A stretch of DNA of 63,224 nt, the filler included, from Reticulomyxa filosa (lineage: Eukaryota > Protista > Foraminifera): assembly GCA_000512085.1 (NCBI GenBank). It is 14 parts of 14 records of this genome, joined end to end, with 100 filler letters (N's around TTAATTAATTAA, not from the genome) between each part and the next. Parts side by side here need not be neighbours in the genome. Positions count along the whole stretch, not along the records: positions 26,165 to 44,149 come from ASPP01005226.1; positions 44,250 to 49,645 come from ASPP01010684.1; positions 49,746 to 53,104 come from ASPP01037807.1; positions 53,205 to 55,725 come from ASPP01025062.1; 10 more parts are not named here. One strand, 5' to 3'. Below are positions 40,756 to 54,149 of the stretch, piece by piece. The translations under genes and the position numbers were made by a program. The notes beneath the pieces were generated by a model. The model saw nothing but the letters and a program-made list of their open reading frames with translations, did no database searches and was not told the origin of the DNA. Each line of letters begins with the position of its first letter. The first letter of the stretch is position 1.

Positions 40756-42384
40756 ATGCAACACGATACAATCATTTGGAACGTGATAAAGCCAGGATCA
40801 GGAGGTTTTTGTTCCTTCCGACGTCGTTTACCGAATAATCCGGCGAAATTTTGTAAGAATCCCTATAATGTACTTGGTTTGTGTCATCCAGGAGCATGTC
40901 CGTTGGCGAACAGTCGTTACGCAACAGTGCGAGAAGTGAAAGGCGAATGTTATTTATACATGAAGACAATAGAACGAGCACATACACCAGCCAAGCTATG
41001 GGAGAAAGTGAAATTGTCAAAAGACTACATGAAGGCATTGAAACAAATTGACGAACATTTGATTTGGTGGCCGCAATGGATGATTCACAAATGCAAATTG
41101 CGACTAACCAAAATCCATCAATACTTAATCCGTTCAAGAAAATTGGCATTATCTTTAGAGTTTGCTTTTTTTTTTTTAAAAAAAAAAAACAAAACAATAA
41201 TAATAATAATAAATGTTACTTAAATAAAGTATTTTTTTAAATCAAATGAATAAACAGACCAAAAATGGTTCGCATTTGGAAACCATATGAACGACAACAA
41301 CAAGTCCGCGAAGAAAAGGCAGAAATTGCAGCAAAGATCACAAACGTGGTTAAACAGGAGTTAATGGATCGATTGCAAGATGGTGTGTATGAAGGTATTT
41401 ACAACTTCCCAAGCAAACAATACAATCAAATTTTGGAAGAGCAAGGTCTTCCTGACGAGGAAGACGCACAATCTGAATCAGACCTCGACTTTGATTTGGA
41501 CGAAAAGCAGCCAAACCAATCCATTACCCCAAAACAAAAGCAGTTGCATTTTTTATTTCAAATCAAAAAAAATAATAATAATAATTTTGTTTCAAGTTTT
41601 ATTGGAAAGGGGGGGGAGGGGAAGAAAGAAAAAAAAGGGGGTACGTATAATTTTTTTTTTTTTAAAAAAAAAAAAAGGCAAGAAAAAAAAAAGAAGTAGA
41701 AGTGGAGGAAGAAGTGATGCCAGAATTTGTTGCCGATTTTGATATGAGTGAAGAAGAAGATATTGAGGACATTGGAAATGCAGAGAAGAATTACGAGTAT
41801 GAATACGAATATGAAACTCCTCATCAACAAATGGCAATTAATAGCGCAAATGCCAAAGGGGGCGCCAAAGCCGCTGCCAACGTTGGCAACTCGAGTAGCA
41901 CTTACGGCAAACCAAAAACCAAACCCCTCTCTAAAAACTCACAAAACATGGAAAAGGATGCTATTAAACACAAGGCAAAAAAAAACAAACACGAAGAAGA
42001 AGAAAAAAAGAGGATGATGGTAATTATGGTGACGATGACGATGATAATGATGAAATTAATGGAAACGAAGAAGTCAATGACAATGAAACAGGAGAGGAAA
42101 TAATCACAGATGAACAAAAACTACGTGAGTCTTTATTGGGCATGATGCAAAGTTTTAACGATCAGCCAATGGAAGACATGAACGAGGATGATGAGGACAT
42201 GCACAACTCGAAAAAACCGGCCTCAAAAAAGGCTCGGTCGAGCAATTCCAAACATAAAGGCACAAAAAAACAAATGCCGAAAAATACCTCATCCAACTCA
42301 CAAAGAAACAAACATTTGAAAAAAAAAAATCGCCTTCCAAAAAAAAAGGCAAAGCTCAGATCGCTTATGATTGAAAACATTTAA
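40756..42384 (+). CDS. MAK16: MAK16 60S ribosome biogenesis factor
   Basis: [23 protein letters not shown]...[66 protein letters not shown], acidic tail with EYEYEYE. Confidence 0.96.
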
Positions 42385-42718
42385 CATTTTTATAGGAATA
42401 AATAGCCCCATCTTCCTCCAGTTGTTTCATCTTCTGATCCAATGTTTACAGTCTTTTTATTTTATTATTACCTCAAAGAGGTTGGATTTATTTTGATTTT
42501 TTAAATTTTTTGTACAATTGAGATGTGCATACACAGAACAGCAAATTTGTGCATTACTTTTTTTTGATTGCTTGCAATCATGTCAGCAAAAACAAAACAG
42601 ACTTTCTTCAACAACAAAAAAAAAAAAAACATGATTTGATTTGGTTTTGATTTATCCTTGTTTCAATTCAGCTTTTTTAGTATAGTTTTCAAAATGATTA
42701 AACAGTTTGTGTTTGTCA

Positions 42719-43215
42719 TCATCTGCGAAAAGGATCCAAAGTAGCTTTTCCTACCGTGGGCTTGCTAAAAAATATTGTGACGTAATAAACTTTTGTCTTT
42801 CGGTTTGTCTCTTTTGTTAACGTCACTGACTTGATGGTCATGTATTGGTTGCCATAGATGGGCTGCCAAGAATCACCAACAGTCACCGCACGCACTTTTC
42901 GTGGATGCAATTTTCTCAATTTTTGATCATATCGTAATTTGTCAAATAAATGCTGCGATATATCTTGTCCTACTTTTATATCTTGTGTCATTTGCTCCTT
43001 TCGAAACTTTTTTATTGCTGATTTCACAACTTCTTTGCATCTTTTTTCTACCTCTGCGCTGAACATTGGATTTGAAGCGCAGACAAAAATCTGTGAGCTC
43101 TGTTGACCAAAACAAAACAACATTCCAATATTACATAAGCAGTTACTCAACAAAACAAACATATCAATACATCTTTTTTATAATTCTCGTCTTCTCCGTC
43201 AAGTTCAAGAGCCAT
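42719..43215 (-). CDS. Small protein, possibly divergent dynein light chain LC8-like
   Basis: MALELDGEDENYKKD|SSQIFVCASNPM..EVVKSAIKKF..QDISQHLFDKL..VTVGDSW..VTIFFSK loosely follows the LC8 pattern. Confidence 0.35.
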
Positions 43216-44013
43216 TGTAACAATTTATTCCGTTAATGTGTCCTCAAAAAAAATTTAAAGAGGGTCTCGGCCCTTTTTACGATCTTGGCCGGCAAAACGT
43301 TGTTACTGCACATACGTGTTTTTTTTCAAGATGATAGATGACAGCAAAACACGTGTTTATTGCACAATTTGTTGCAAAATCATCATCTCCAGTCTGGTAA
43401 TGTGGCGAAGACGCAACGATTTGGTGTTAGAACAAAGAAAACTAGTGAGTTTTTTGTTAATAAAGTTAGCTCAGTTGACAATTTTCTTGCTCCATCCCAT
43501 CAATCTTGCAAAAAAAAAAAATTAGAAATTCGTGAGACATGTTTTATTCATCAGAACTCTTCGCAAAGAAAGGAGGTAAATTGTTTTTAATTTTTGTTGC
43601 TGACGTCCGTTTCTGTCGTTGAGGCACTTCAAAAACGAACAAACACAACTAACAAATCCATTAGCTCTGGCCAAACTTTGGCTAGCCGGTACAGTTTTCA
43701 AGAAACTGAATAAAAAGGCAATACTTGATTCGAGTATTGAATCGCTCTGGTAACATTTATGCGTTTCTGATCTTTGCAAAAAAAAAAAAAATTATTATTA
43801 TTTTTTTTTTGCAACTCCTAAATAGTGACGAAGTAAAAAATAATGAGTTATTAGCAATATCAATTTGTGGGATTTTGACATTAGGAATTGTTCGAATATA
43901 TGACAAAGGAATTTACTACTTATTATCCGATGCTTCGGATGTTAAGTGGAAAAAAACTACAACACAGCAAACAGACAAAAGCCAAAAACGCACGCGGGAA
44001 CACATACACAACC

Positions 44014-44094
44014 ATGTCAACAGGCAAAGACCAAGTTACTGCGAATGATGGTTCACAGCAAAATAGACCTGCCCAAAGACCAATTAAATGCACG
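44014..44094 (+). CDS. First exon of a possible Rho-family small GTPase
   Basis: MSTGKDQ...QRPIKCT followed by an intron/poly-T. IKCx precedes V(V)GDGAVGKT in Rho/Rac, but the P-loop is not in the contig. Confidence 0.3.
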
Positions 44095-44111
44095 GTTGGT
44101 TGGTCTGTTCT

Positions 44112-44149
<38 letters not shown>

Positions 44150-44329
44150 NNNNNNNNNNNNNNNNNNNNNNNNNNNNNNNNNNNNNNNNNNNNTTAATTA
44201 ATTAANNNNNNNNNNNNNNNNNNNNNNNNNNNNNNNNNNNNNNNNNNNNAAAAAAAAAAAAAAAAGAATTTTTAATATATGCATATATACATATATATAC
44301 GTATACGAATTATGGTCAGTGCACTAAAA

Positions 44330-44506
44330 TACATACGCTCCCTTTCCCAAAAATTCCACGAATTCATATCGATCTTTGATATCTTCATACTCTCGGGGGT
44401 CCACTCTCCTCATGTTTGAAAATGAATCCTCCTCTAAGTCAAAATGGTCCATTAGCGCTTTCCCTTCAGACCCAAAGCCGTCATCGATTCGCACTCCTGG
44501 CGACAT
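44330..44506 (-). CDS. Ser/Thr protein kinase, first exon only
   Basis: DIKDRYEFVEFLGKGAY is kinase subdomain I (GxGxY), followed by an intron running to the contig end. Confidence 0.7.
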
Positions 44507-44932
44507 GTTTGGATACAACAACTGTTCATTTTGATTTGGTTTTTTTAGCTTGTATCACTTCTCCTTTTAACTACTTGGACACATAACACGCTTTATTTTT
44601 TGTAGTCATACGCATACCTTACTATTGATATCACCATTTCTCAAAATACATTCAGTTATACTATCTGCACTTTCCATGATTTCATATAAATCCAAATCAA
44701 ATTTATGAAGTGGGTTACCCACATTTTTACTTGAACGAAGCCACCGTATGTTGAAATTTGTTAACACAAGTTCGTCCACACTCTAAACCTTATCATAGTC
44801 ATACGCATCCATCCTTTTGCAATGCTAGAGAAAATGATTTTAAAAATTTTAATTTTAGTGCTAAACAAAGTCAAAAAACCCCGAACAAGTTTTTTTAATT
44901 AAAAGGACACAATTTTTTTGACATACACAAAG

Positions 44933-47290
44933 ATGTCTTCCATACGCATTTTTGTAACAGTAAATTCAAAGAAATATCCCGTCATACTGTCATCCTTGAC
45001 ATTAGAAAATTTAGAGAAGCAGATAGTGGAAGTGAATAAAGAAGACCAGCAAGGAAACACATTAGTTAAAATAGTCAACAGTGACCACAGCATTGAAACA
45101 GACCAACAGCTTCAAAAAGCTATTGAAGATGGTCAGCTTGATTTCAATGCTTATTTTTACCCAAGTTAGGTATTGACTTTTATGCAAGAAAATTATTCCA
45201 TACCTTAATAAGAAATACCAATAGAAGAGCTGACAAAACAGAATGGGATCGTAGAGGAAAAGGAACAAACACTGGCATACAAAATAAAGTATCCATTAGT
45301 GTTGTTAACAGGAGCAATAAAATACGAACATCAACCCTATTCTGAAGATGCAAAGCAAAATCTTCATTTGTTGCAAACGCTGTTTGAGACAAAATTTGGT
45401 TACCAGGTGTTCAGTACTTATAATTTAACAAATCCAACTACTGAATCATTAATATTGAATGCCTTGGAAAATTTTATTTTGAACAATTGTTTACATTTGT
45501 CAGATTCTTCCAAAAATGTGTCTTATGATGGATTGATATTTGTATGGTGTGGATATGGAGAAAGATACAATGGGAATATTTTAATTACCAGTGACAACAA
45601 AAGGAAAGATTTCAAAGACATTCAACATACTTTTGTAAAACAAACTGATTATTTTGTTGGGAAGCCTAAGTTATTTATCAATGTTATATGTGGTGGAGAT
45701 GGAATCAATCAAAATGAAGGCATACAAGGAAATGAAATAGCCTCAAAGAGGGTATGGTATCATCAAGATATAGATTTGTTCTCGATTATCTCAAACACTT
45801 CACGAAAAACAATAATCGATAATTCAAATGAAAATCCAATTGAGAGAAGAGGAAGTCAATTTACAAGCATCTTTTGTCAAATGCTTCAGAACAGCTTGAA
45901 CAAAAGTTTGGAATGTATCATCGAGCAAGTCAATGAAATTCTACTTGATCAAGTACCAGGTAGAGAAGTTGTACAGGCTGTTTCGACAGCTTATTCCGAT
46001 CTTTATTTGATCCCGCATTCACGTGATGATGACAATAAACAAGGAGTATTGGAATCGACAAACCATAGTGCTATAGAATCGTTGGATTTCAAAAGACACT
46101 GGAATCGATATTGGAGAAATGCAAATGTAGAAGCAGCAGAAGCAGTTGAAGAAATGCTTCACAAAAATGAACAAGGTGTGGTTGTTGTTGCTAGTAACGC
46201 TTCTGAATGGAAGAGTAAAGATGACAATCCTTCTTCATTCACTACGCTGGTACAAAAGGACAATGTCAACAAAAAGAAAATTCAGACATATGAGGTGTAC
46301 GTAATAAAGAGTGAATGTATAATATTTGATGAGGTAAATATTGATGGAAATGTATATGTAATTAACTGCAAAATTCAATGTCAAGCAAACATCACTATTA
46401 CAACACAGCTTTTTGTTACTAAAGATAGTACTGTCGAGCAGAAATTAAAACAGCCTCTTCCACTTATTCAATGGAATACCAAAATACATCATGACATTCC
46501 AATACAACTCCAAGACTTTCACGAAAAAAAGGACAAATGCTCAGAAAGAAAGCTGTTTGATGATGCTATCCTTCATTTGCAAAAATATTTACAACTTTGT
46601 GTTGACACTTTTGGATGTAATCATTCTTATGTAGCAATCTCATATAATCTGATTGGAAACACATATTTTGAGAAAAGCGAATACAACGAAGCGATTGAAT
46701 ATTACCAAAAAGCTTTAAAAATTATCTCGGAAATTCATTGTCCTTTTGTTGCTCAACTGTATCATAATTTAGGAGATAGCTTCAATCACAGTAAACAGTA
46801 CAACAAAGCCATTGAATGTTTTGAAGACGCATTAAAAATCAGAATAAAACTGCATGGAAGTAATCACGATGATGTCGGTGATCTATACAGCAATTTAGGA
46901 AATGTATACTATTCGAAAGGAAAATATGAAGAATCTATTGAATGTCATGAACGAGCATTGAAAATCAGACTACAAATTTGCGGAGGCATGGACAGTGATG
47001 TTGCCCATACGTACAGCGATTTAGGATTTGCATATGAAAATATAGAATTGCATGACAAAGCGATCGAATGTTATGAAAACGCATTAAAGATAAAAAAAGA
47101 ATTATATGGAAGCATAAATGAAGATTTTGCTGATTTATGCTGGATTTCGGGCTACTCTTGCGAAAAAGGAGGAAAAATTCTGCTTGCCGTTAAATATTAC
47201 GAAGAAGCGTGGAAGGTGTATAACATTGTGTTTGGAGAATGGAATTATCAAACAACACAAGCGAAAGAAAGTTTGAGAGGATTAATATGA
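44933..47290 (+). CDS. PB1-like + caspase-like (peptidase C14 fold) + TPR-repeat protein
   Basis: Exon 1 44933-45164 is PB1-like (IETDQQLQKAI). Intron 45165-45212. Caspase-fold motifs LVLLTGAIKY, YDGLIFVWCGYG, GKPKLFINVICGG, GSQFT. About six TPRs (SYNLIGNTY, LYHNLGDSF, LYSNLGNVY, TYSDLGFAY). Confidence 0.85.
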
Positions 47291-47818
47291 AAATATTGTT
47301 GGGCCTGAAAATCAAGAAAATGAGAAAATTTATTGTTGTTTTTATAATGTTTTTTGCAAAAGATAATTTTCTTTTGCAAATTCAAAAGTTGCAAAACCTA
47401 ATAAAATGTTACGACATACGTTCACTTCAGTAAAAAAAATTACATTTGCGTCGAAAGCGAGTTGAATCTCAAGAGAACTTTTAATGAGATTTGTGGTATT
47501 TCGGTAATTTAAAACTTTGTTTAGATGTTATTGTTAATTTGGCGTTGGAACAGTAAAATTAGAGCATGAAAACAATCTATGTTTGTATGAAAAAACAAAG
47601 ATATTCCCGTATTACGAAGATGTCCAATTTTTAGTTACAGTCGGAAAGAAGGAATTTAGTTCATCAAGTAATATTAAAAAAAAACTTTTTTTATCAACAC
47701 AAACATTCTCTTTCAATTCAAAGAGATTTAGGAAATGCAATGAATTAAGATATGATTCGCTGATTAAAATCTATTGAGAACTACAAAAAAAATTGATTTT
47801 ACATAGGTTTAATCTGAT

Positions 47819-49046
47819 TTACCATTCCCACAATTGAATTGCTCCATCAGAGCACGATGCCACAATCGTATTGCCATCTGGCGAAATATCTACTCCTGTT
47901 ACATGCTCAGAATGTACCTGTAATTTTTGTATTTCCTCGCCTGATCTCACGTTCCACAACCTAATTCCTTCATTATATGAACATGATATGACAGTTTGAG
48001 CATCTGATGAAAACTTGATGTCCGTTACTCCTTTTGCCAATCCTTTGAATTTTTTTACTTCTTTTCCTGATGTACTGTCCCATATTCGGATAGTATTGTC
48101 AGTCGAGCAGGAAACAATAGATTGACCATCTGGTGAATATTGTGCTCTCCATACTGGACGTAAATGACCTCTCAATTCTCTTATTCTCTCTCCTGATTTT
48201 ACATCCCATACTCCAATTGTGGTATCGTCAGAAGCTGATACAATAGTTTGACCATTTGGTGAAAATTGTGCATCGTTGACCCAATGCAAATGCCCTTCCA
48301 GTATTTTTGTCAATTGCCCTGATTTTATGTCTGATAATTGAATTGTTTTGGCTTGTAAACACCATATAAACATGCTGGCATCTGGTGAAAATTGAACCCG
48401 TGTCTTTTCACCTACATATCTCTGTAATATTTTTACTTTTCGTCCTGATTTTGTATTCCACAACTCAATTTTTGTGCCTAATTGTACAACTACGTTGCCG
48501 TCAGGTAAAAATTGTGTATCGAAAATACGATCTGAAAATCCTTTCAATATTTGAACAGCACCCCTAGATGCAACATCCCATATTTGAACTCTTTTGTCAA
48601 GTGTTGGAAAAATAATTTTGCTACCGTCTTGCGAAAATTTTACACTTGTTATTCCGCTACATTGTTGTTGAAATACGTTTGACAGTTTGAAAAATTTGGC
48701 CTGTTTCAATTTTTGAGTACAATATGTTAAACATTTTATATGATTCTTTAGTAAACAAAAGGAATTCACTCAACATATTTTTCCAACAATTGTGTTGAAA
48801 TCGCCGATCCACCCTCTTTGAGTGTTTACAGATCGCGTCCAGTTGTCTAATACCAGACTTACTCTTTCTTCACTCTGACACATTTTTTTCATATGCTTTG
48901 TCATAACCGCTCTTTGCTGTTTTTTGCCAGCAACTTACTTTGCACTTAATGGATTGTTTGACTTTATTTTCGGATGACGGGTTCTCTTCCGAACATGGAA
49001 CAACTGTGATCTTATTTGTTGATGTCAGGATGACATGGGGCTGCAT
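47819..49046 (-). CDS. WD40-repeat protein
   Basis: About seven WD repeats (GHLHWVNDAQFSPNGQTIVSASDDTTIGVWD etc.). Upstream exons MQPHVILTST.. and LVLDNWTRS..GWIGDFNTIVGKY. Confidence 0.92.
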
Positions 49047-51553
49047 TGCAACTGTAATTGAAGGCTCGCCAATTTAAAAATGTGGCTTGGGGAATATACC
49101 TATTAAAACTGAACTTTACACTTTTCTTCTCACTACTTCAGCACGAAGTAAAAGTTTGTGAAGCTTTGTTTTTTAGGAAAATAGACTGAGTTTGTGTCAT
49201 GTAAAAATCTTCGTTTTATCTATGAAACTGTCTTTATACTCCTAAATTTCACAAAATATATTGCTGTAATCGAACAGCATACGGATACTCTGAAGAGAAG
49301 TCACCAACGAAAAGTTTCTGAACCAAATGATAACAATCAGTTTCAAAGACCGATTAAATGTTTCATCCATAATCAAAAAGGAGGAAAAAAAATGCAACTA
49401 AAGTGCACAAAATAATCCGTAATAATAAAAAAAGCTGAACCAATACAACACAAAAAGCATGCAGAGAGAATAAGCAAGAAAGTACGATCCTCTCCAACCA
49501 GATTGTCCCCTCTTTTGCAAACAGGATCACACGGAAAAACAAAATACAAAAAATTATCAAAACAACCACAATCTATACAAACACAAAAACAAACAAAAAA
49601 AAAAACAAAAAAAACAATCACAATATCTGAAAACTGGAATTATTTNNNNNNNNNNNNNNNNNNNNNNNNNNNNNNNNNNNNNNNNNNNNTTAATTAATTA
49701 ANNNNNNNNNNNNNNNNNNNNNNNNNNNNNNNNNNNNNNNNNNNNTATTGCAATTAGCAACATGACGAAGATTCAACTAGTACTACAAACGGCCACTTAT
49801 CGCAAGCAGTGATTACACACGCTTGGATTTACAAGAATTGCAGAAATAATGAAAGGTAAACAAGTAATGTTGCAGTTCTGACCACCGCGTGCTTGTGCGA
49901 ATTTTCAAATGTCATGAAGACAGACTTTTTTTTGCATAGAAAAATTAATGAAAATGGTTGCATTCAATCGAACGTTGTTTTCCGAAGTAACTGTCTGTTG
50001 GCTTGTGTTTTCAAAATTAAAACTTGGGTTTCATTCTCATCATGGCTGCACCAAAAGCTACTGTTACTAATATTACAACATTATTTGGCGTTTTCGACCT
50101 GCTTCCAACGGGTGTATTGCCTTTAGCTGTGAAAATTTTTGACAAAGTTGTGGATGGCACCTGGAACGTGTTAGTGAAATTTGATAAAGTTACACTGCGT
50201 TTTATTTTGAAAAGCAAATAAAATCTTTCCAATTTGTTTCATTACAAAAACGCTTCCGCGTATATGTGTATGTGATGAACATTGTCGGCATACCTTACCT
50301 ATAAGAAATACACATATAGTAAACACAAAGACGCTGTTGAGAAAATGATGAACATGATATCAAAAACATTATTATTATTTTTTTGAAAGAAGGAGGGTGC
50401 CATTCTAAACTGGATATAAGGTTGAGCGCTCCACGAGCTCTGCGCATGAGCCCGCCACACATGCTCTCCACTAACGATTATCTTGCACCTAGGCCTCTAT
50501 GTTCTTCATCGAGGCAAGGGCCAGCAGCTGAAGATGGCCGGCATAATTTGCGGGTTCCATTATTATCTTTTTACCTGTTTAAATTTTTTTTGTTTTGTTT
50601 TAGACTCAACATTCGACAGACCCTTTCAACTCATTCGCTTTTTTTCGCTAATTGCGTAAACAATGCGCAATTACAGAGCGACTGTACAATCTAACATTAA
50701 AAGATGAGTAAAAAAGAAAAATACGTTCTTCTTCTTTTTAAAATGTGTTTTTTTTGGAACTTTCAATTTTATTCTAAAAAAAAAAGGAAAAAAAAAAACT
50801 GACCAGAACAAGACACACTTTCATCAATTATCTTACTAACTTTGTGGTTTGTAAGCATACAACACAAACAGCATTTTTTATCATTGGGACTAGAATCTGA
50901 CACTATTTTTTCTTAGTTTTCTGGTACATAGCTGACCGAATAAAAGAGAGGAAAAAGCATTTGTTGGAAAAAATTGTTGCTTGACAGCTTTCCAACAAAG
51001 ACAAAAGTTAATGTTAACATACGTTTTTCATTTCCCAAGTCACTTCCTTTTTTTTTCATACATAAACAATATCACAATCAAAGACCAAGCACAAAATTTG
51101 AAAGTTGCGAAAAATTCATCTAACTAACAGAATTGACTGACTTTTCTCAATACTAGATAGTGCTGCGATTGCCGTTTGTTAGTGAAAAAGTAAAATAACA
51201 ATTAATGAATGGACACTGTTGGAATTGTATCATTAAATGTACAGTTAATTGGATTCTAAATGTTTTGAACAAAACGAAACAATCCAATATGATTATTCAA
51301 ACAGATTAAGGCCTATCGCAAAATAATTGTTAGTTCGCGTATGCATTTAAAGTAAGAAATTGAATCTCTTTCTGCAAATTCTCTTACTATTCACTTTTTT
51401 AAATTTTGTTTATTTGTGGCCCATTGTTGTTCCTTCAAATGAGAAATATATTTCTCTGATTAACAATGTTTTCTAGAAACAAGAAAGCAAATATCTTTGC
51501 TGCAGTGATGTCAAAAGCAAACTTACTTCTATATTACGTGGCATACTTATTAC

Positions 51554-52941
51554 ATAACAAAACTGGGTCATTTTCAAAAAATAGGTTCAAAAAATTTAAA
51601 AAATGACACATAAGTTTAATAAAATGACCCACAACAGTAAATATTAGTGAAGATTCCTTTTACACTTTATGTATATAATAGTTGCTTTGAAAGTGAGAGA
51701 ATACTAATTATTGATATCACTTCCTTTCGTCATCCAATAAAAAAGGGGAAAAAAGTTCCTGTCAGCAAATTGGAAATTTTATGTATTGATTGTTTGTGCA
51801 TATCTTAAATGCAAAAACATGATTCCGATCATTAAATATTAGTATTGAGCATATGAAATACCAAAATTTAAATGATTGATATTTTCACTTATCCAACTGA
51901 GGAATAGTCTTCATTGGTTCAATAACAGACGAAAAACAACAATGAGAGTTCTAGTATTTTTAGATTGGAATCACTATGTGAGATGACAAAAAATAGCATA
52001 GATCCTTTTTGATGAATCTTTTATTCAAATATATTATTATTTTTTTGGACAAATTGACAAAAAAATTGAAGCAAGTGCAATTAAATAATTTTGTTTAACA
52101 GTTATGAATCTAATTGATGCATTGAAACATTTTTTAATTAAAATTGGGATGCTAAAGTGAGATTTAGTTTAACTTTTTCTCAAAAAAACTACTTTGAAGA
52201 CAAACTTACTTAAAAAGCGCAAACAAGCCATTCAACTTCATGACTAAGTCCATCTTACTATTTTTTTTTTGGGCAAAGACAAAAAATCATTTTTCTACGT
52301 TGCTAACTAAGCAATTACATTTCCAAAGATTATGTATTATCCATCATCAATGCAAAGTGCTGACAAATTGCCTCTCAAGAAAAAAGATAATAATTGATAT
52401 CAAACAATGTTTTTTGATTTTTGGAAACTTCAAGGAATAACCATTGAAAATGATTATAAAAGAGTTAAAGGGAAATGTACACATTCAAATGAGGAACAAC
52501 AGACAAAGTTATCTAATTTCATGTCTCGCAAACTATGATGAAAAAAAGTCGCAATATCAAATAACAAGCGTTGTGTGGAACAATGCATAATGGTAGCTGA
52601 TACCAATCTGAAGTCGCTGTGGCAACGCACCTCAAACTTTGAAGCGATCACTGAGAATGCAACACAAAATAAATAACCATAATTAAGTATAATGAGTTTA
52701 AGACGAAAAATGTAGTGAAATGAGTTACAAATATTGCATTTTCATCACAATGAAAAAAGACTAGAAATTGTTTGTTTCAGCTTGATAAATAATAAAATTG
52801 ATGAATTCTTATTCATCAAGTAAATTAGAAATCACTTTCTCTAAGGTTAAAGAGGTTTTTTAACTCAAAATTGTGTGTCATTTTCTATTAATTGTGGGTC
52901 ATTTTGAACTTGTTTTTTTGAAAATGACATAGTTTTGTTAT
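51554..52941. mobile_element. Inverted-repeat-bounded ~1.39-kb element (degenerate or non-autonomous DNA transposon)
   Basis: Left end ATAACAAAACTGGGTCATTTTCAAAAAATAGGTTCAAAA versus reverse complement of right end ATAACAAAACTATGTCATTTTCAAAAAAACAAGTTCAAAA. Subterminal AAAATGAC(A/C)CA motifs at both ends. Confidence 0.65.
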
Positions 52942-53204
52942 AAAATAAAAAACGAATTTTTAAAAAAATTTAGCGTGATAATGTAATCTAGTTGTTGTAT
53001 TGTTTTATGGAATAAAGAATACATCAATCAAAACAACGGGTCGCAAGGGGGAGCTTAGTCACAGTTTTTTTATTGCGAAGATGTAATGTTTGTCTTTTAA
53101 GGATNNNNNNNNNNNNNNNNNNNNNNNNNNNNNNNNNNNNNNNNNNNNTTAATTAATTAANNNNNNNNNNNNNNNNNNNNNNNNNNNNNNNNNNNNNNNN
53201 NNNN

Positions 53205-53725
53205 ATTGTTCGATGTTCACAATCAAATACACATTCATAATCTTTCCATTTACCATTCCATAACATACATACTTTTGAACAAATAAGTAGTATAAAGGTT
53301 GTTTGTGAATTAGACGAAATTTGATATGTTTAGGATATTCCACAAAATATGCAAACACATTTCTCGAGTTATTTTTAATTCTTTTTCTTCTTCATATCAG
53401 TATATATACTTTATACATATTTAACTCATTCAAATTGGATATCCATTAATTTATATCAGAATTTGATTGCAATTTTTCCATGTTTGTGATATTGTTGTTT
53501 TTTCCAGTTTTGTGCCAAAATATTTAAATAAATTCATTAAATATTGTTGCTGTAATAAAATATATAATGCAATAATTATCAAAAGAGAAACAAAGTGAGT
53601 AAGAAATCAATTCTCTGCGAGCCAAATTAAAACCTCCTTTATCTTGTCAACATTTTCCTTACATGTTTTCCATGCCCTTAAAATAACCTCTTCACCTATT
53701 TTGGGAAACGTTTGTTCGAAGATAT
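53205..53725 (-). pseudogene. CUE/UBA-like + PUB domain gene relic
   Basis: NIFEQTFPKIGEEVILRAWKTCKENVDKIKEVL (CUE-like). REMCLHILWNI-(YP)KHIKFRLIHKQ (PUB-like NI..P...K.R.I). Stops and frameshifts present. Confidence 0.55.
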
Positions 53726-53973
53726 TATAATGAATAAAATTAAAATTGCAATTTATAGTATTAAACTGTGGCTACTGAATGTCCATGTGCAATTGAAACA
53801 TAATGCTATATTTTACAAATGCATGAATACATATTTTTCACTTTTTAAAGGATTATTAAAATAACAATATTGTGTGATAAATAAATATTTTAATTTTGTC
53901 ATATACTTTTTTTTTTACTTCTAAGAATGACCTTTCCCATATGTGTCCTTCATAATTCCTCAACATTTACAAC

Positions 53974-54109
53974 ATGAGCAACGAAATCTTTCAAATTTTA
54001 AAGGAGTTACCCACTCCACTAATGGATTCTCAATGTATGCTACACAAACACGAGCTCCTCATTTGTGGAGGTCTTTATGAGAAAGCGTGTTATTCTTATC
54101 ATATACTCT
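53974..54109 (+). pseudogene. Kelch-like family 5' fragment
   Basis: MSNEIFQILKELPTPLMDSQCMLHKHELLICGGLYEKACYSYHIL (LICGG..CYSY kelch blade), then truncated. Confidence 0.7.
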
Positions 54110-54149
54110 ATTATTAGTTTTTATTGATAACACTTTTCATATAGTAAAA

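Noticed and set aside
44330-49046. Kinase + caspase-TPR + WD40 as a co-functional gene cluster
   Set aside because: They are adjacent on one contig, but all belong to large families and there is no evidence of linkage beyond proximity.
50533-50544. GATGGCCGGCAT, identical to the start of the HDV genomic ribozyme
   Set aside because: The downstream sequence cannot form P1/P2/P3, so this is a chance 12-mer.
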